Positions 60,935-64,000 of a DNA stretch of 64,000 nt are shown in pieces. The notes under the pieces were generated by a model. The model was not told the origin of the DNA. It did no database searches and was given only the letters and a program-made list of their open reading frames with translations. The stretch covers positions 1,186,627 through 1,250,626 of the forward strand of contig CAJINV010000007.1 of NCBI GenBank assembly GCA_905178155.1, read 5' to 3'. The translations under genes and the position numbers were made by a program. Origin of the DNA: Amoebophrya sp. A120 (taxonomy: Eukaryota > Protista > Dinoflagellata). Each line of letters starts with the position of its first letter. Positions within the stretch are counted from its first letter, which is position 1.

Positions 60935-63900
60935 ATTTTTCCCTGACCGGAGGTTCCGGCCTGACCGGCCACGTTTATCAGGGTACGGACAGCACGTCTA
61001 TCCTATGTAAAAACGTCCCCACCCCAGAGTCAAGATGGGGATTTTGCAACACAAACCTTGAAGTTTTGGGAACCACGCATGACAAATTGCAGGCTATAGT
61101 GTAGTCCAGTTTAGCAAGGGAAGCCGCATAACAAAGCGATCTCCTTATGCTGTTTACAGCATTACAAGTTCCAAAACACGATTGATAATGCCCCTCATGG
61201 GATCGCGCATTACAAACGCTCTTGTGCTTGCAGATCTGCATCACAACTCTGGGATGGGGACGTTTTTACTCAGGATAACGTCCATGCCGAATTCTTCCCC
61301 CGAGCGCATGACCACGTCTCCCGAGTTGGTGGACCCGCATGGAGCTTATGCATTGCAAAAATTGTTGTACTATCGCACTAGAATGTGATTTCCAATTTTT
61401 GCAAAGGTAATTCGTGGTAAAAATGCTGGACCAGCTGGAGGTCCTTTGGAAAGGGAACTAGCGGACTTGTTGTGGTGCAGCTGTGTTGCATAAGTGATTT
61501 AAGATTTATTTTTATGCGCTGGTACAACAAAAGCATTTATTCACGGCATAAAAAAGCTACTGGCCCGCAGTCCGGCATGATGACCCAGTTTCAGCAACAG
61601 CACCAGCAACAAGCAAAGTCACTCAACTGCCTCATGTCGCACCTGGTCTCGACGAACAACGGAAATATGGAGAACTTCAATGGACAACAGCAGCAGACGC
61701 CGCCGTTGAGCGGCGGTTGCGTGAACCAACAGCATGTTGGCCCGATGATGAACCAGCAACAGCCATTTAGCAACCAGAACTTCAACCTGCAACAAAACCA
61801 GAACAGCTTTATGTTCTCGTCTCCCGGCGGGGGAGCAGCCCCCGTCACCCATGCTGGTGGTGCCCCAGCGCAGCAGCAACAGCAGCAGCAGGAGTACAAC
61901 AACTTTGCGAACAACAATGCCGCGACGACCAACCCGCTGCAAAACACGGTTTCTTCGTACCAAACGACCAACTCGTCCCCGTTGTTGAGCGAGATGAATT
62001 TCGGGTTGCAAGACTTGCAGCGCACAAACGACGTGTCGGTGTTGACCGCGAACACGGGTGCCACGACGACTTCGGCGAACTACAACCACAGCGGTCAGTA
62101 CAACAACATTATGCACCAGGAGCCGACGAATTCCGCGAACAGTTCCGTGATGCAACAGACCAATTCGCTCGTCACACTGAACGGGTGGCAGCAGATATCA
62201 AATGCAAAAATGTCTGGGTCTGGAAGAATGCGCGACTTGTCATGCAGATTTTCCATGACTCGCGAGGTCTGGAATGCAGGAACTAGCATGACAGACTCTG
62301 TGAGATCTCTGTCACGCCTGTCCCGCATGAGAAACTCCCTCTCAGCCAGGTCAAAAGTGGACAACTTTTGGTAAGCATGCAACACAGATTTTTACAGGAT
62401 GCAGACTTAGCATGACAAGTTGCAACCTTCCAGACCCAGACATGTTTGCAATGCATGACAGATCAACGAGGACAACCGGTTTGAGAGCGTGAACAGCCTG
62501 ACGAACTCTACGTTTTATGCCAACAATATGCTCTGCAAAAGTTTATTTCTCGGTCTTTTACTAGTAAGTTGTTGGGAACAAAGAAGTGTACCATGATAGG
62601 ACCTGAGTAAAAATCTTACGGACAACATCAGCTGCGTGACAAATATTTGTTCACTTGTTTATTTTCTTTTGGCAATCAATACAATATTGTCCACTAGTAA
62701 ACTGCAAACTCACTTTTGCAAAGATGCATAAACAACAACGAGCCGCAGGTTGAGACGAATCAGTATAGCTACAGCCAGACGAACACGGGTGCCGTCGAGT
62801 GGAATACCTACAACAACCAGGTTAATGACAACAACAATTTCAACAACCAGACTTACAACTACGCCGGTGCGGGCGCGGCCGCGCCAGGCTTTCAGCAGCC
62901 GATGGCCCCCGCGCCGGGAAACGAAGATCAGAATTCATCTTCGGACAATTTTTATGCGTATGATGCGAACTACAGCTGTACTGCTGGCACCAATGGAGAT
63001 GCAGTCAGCGGCGGAAAAAATAAAGGCGATGATCAACAGGTCGTGGAGCAAAACCAGGGTCAGTACAACTTGCACGCCGCGACCGGTAAGAACTTTTCCT
63101 CCTCCCAACAGCAGTACACCAGTTTCCGGGAACATCGCAGCGGGGGGAAGATGAACGCGAAGAACTTCCGACAGCAGCAGCAGAACAACGGGTTTGGTGG
63201 GAATAAAAACGCCGGTCGGAAAGGTGGGGGTTTTTCCAACAATAGCGGCGGAAAAGGTTCCGCCGCTATTGTTGTACTTACCGGCGGAAAGGTGTTTGGA
63301 TCTTCTTCTGCAGCCGGATCGTACCACAACGGCAAAGGAAAGAAGAGCAACTCCGGAGCAGGTCAACATCGCGGATCCACTTCGCCGGGGGGAGGCTGCA
63401 ACTACTACACCAGTACTAGTGCCAACTATCAGATGAACAAGCCCGTCTGCACGGATAACCACGCCACACTGGGGCTGGAAAACTTCGACCAGGTCGTGAA
63501 CGGCAACTGCTACAAACCGAGTACTTTTGGAGCAGATGGTGGTACCACGTCCTCGCCGGCGGCGCACCAAACGACCTCAGGGGGATACAATAACTACGGG
63601 GGTTACAAAAATCGTACTGGGGTCTTCAACATGGAAGATGATAACAAGGAAAATATCGACCCGAACAACAGTACTTCTGAGATGAACGGAAGCGGCTGCA
63701 GCAACGAGGGGAAGTTCTACGTTCCGCGCGACACGGAATCCTGGGGGAAGGTGCAGAAGGACGTGGAGCACATGCACTACACGCAAAATTTGAACACGAA
63801 CTCCGCGAAAGTGTACATCCAGACGCTGATGAAGACCATGGACAAGCGGAACCCGGTGGCGACCACGATCCTCTTCCGTAAAATCTTGGAAGTGCTGCGC

Positions 63901-63963
63901 TACATGCAGTTTGTCGACACGACCAGACGTATTCTTCTTCGGATTTCATTTTCAAGGCTATGA
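60935..63963 (+). CDS. Q/N/G-rich low-complexity protein, multi-exon; start and end uncertain
   Basis: ORFs 61182-61388, 61472-62374 and 62716-63963 join in frame through introners. The gene may continue beyond the window. Confidence 0.7.
60999..61277. mobile_element. TIR introner, family D
   Basis: tatcctatgtaaaaacgtcccca...tggggacgtttttactcaggata; perfect TSD acgtc. Confidence 0.93.
61347..61553. mobile_element. Degenerate TIR introner
   Basis: tatgcattgcaaaaat at the left and ...ggcata(aaa) at the right; flanks gagct/aagct; frame restored; right end uncertain by 3 nt. Confidence 0.55.
62196..62457. mobile_element. TIR introner, family A
   Basis: TSD gcaga/acaga; joins WQQI to NEDNR. Confidence 0.92.
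62527..62730. mobile_element. TIR introner (AT-rich interior)
   Basis: tatgctctgcaaaagt...acttttgcaaagatgcata; perfect TSD aacaa. Confidence 0.9.
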
Positions 63964-64000
63964 TGGAGGAGCTCGGATTTTTTCAAAAGAAATGTTGTCG

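Overview
Eukaryotic genomic DNA, most likely from a parasitic dinoflagellate of the Amoebophrya (Syndiniales) type. That assignment is inferred from intron architecture and gene layout, not from a marker gene. About ten multi-exon genes run on the minus strand from base 1 to ~54 kb. A repeat-rich divergent strand-switch region follows (54-61 kb), then a plus-strand Q/N-rich gene. The dominant feature is at least 33 short (151-345 bp) elements with terminal inverted repeats (usually TAT...ATA) and 5-bp target-site duplications (TSDs), all located inside predicted coding sequence. Removing an element plus one TSD copy restores the reading frame at every junction I traced, so they behave as non-GT-AG introns (introners), and the same element works in either orientation. 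Splicing them out gives a ~2287-aa lectin-domain membrane protein and a ~2823-aa membrane protein with repeated SFLE/SFLQ-like motifs. Other genes encode a TMTC O-mannosyltransferase, an RS-cyclophilin, an FKBP, a single-domain voltage-gated EF-hand cation channel and several hypothetical proteins. There is also a 5'-truncated non-LTR retrotransposon with a 10-bp TSD, a (TGA)n tail and a zinc-finger insertion inside its reverse transcriptase. All gene models were spliced by hand and lack transcript support.
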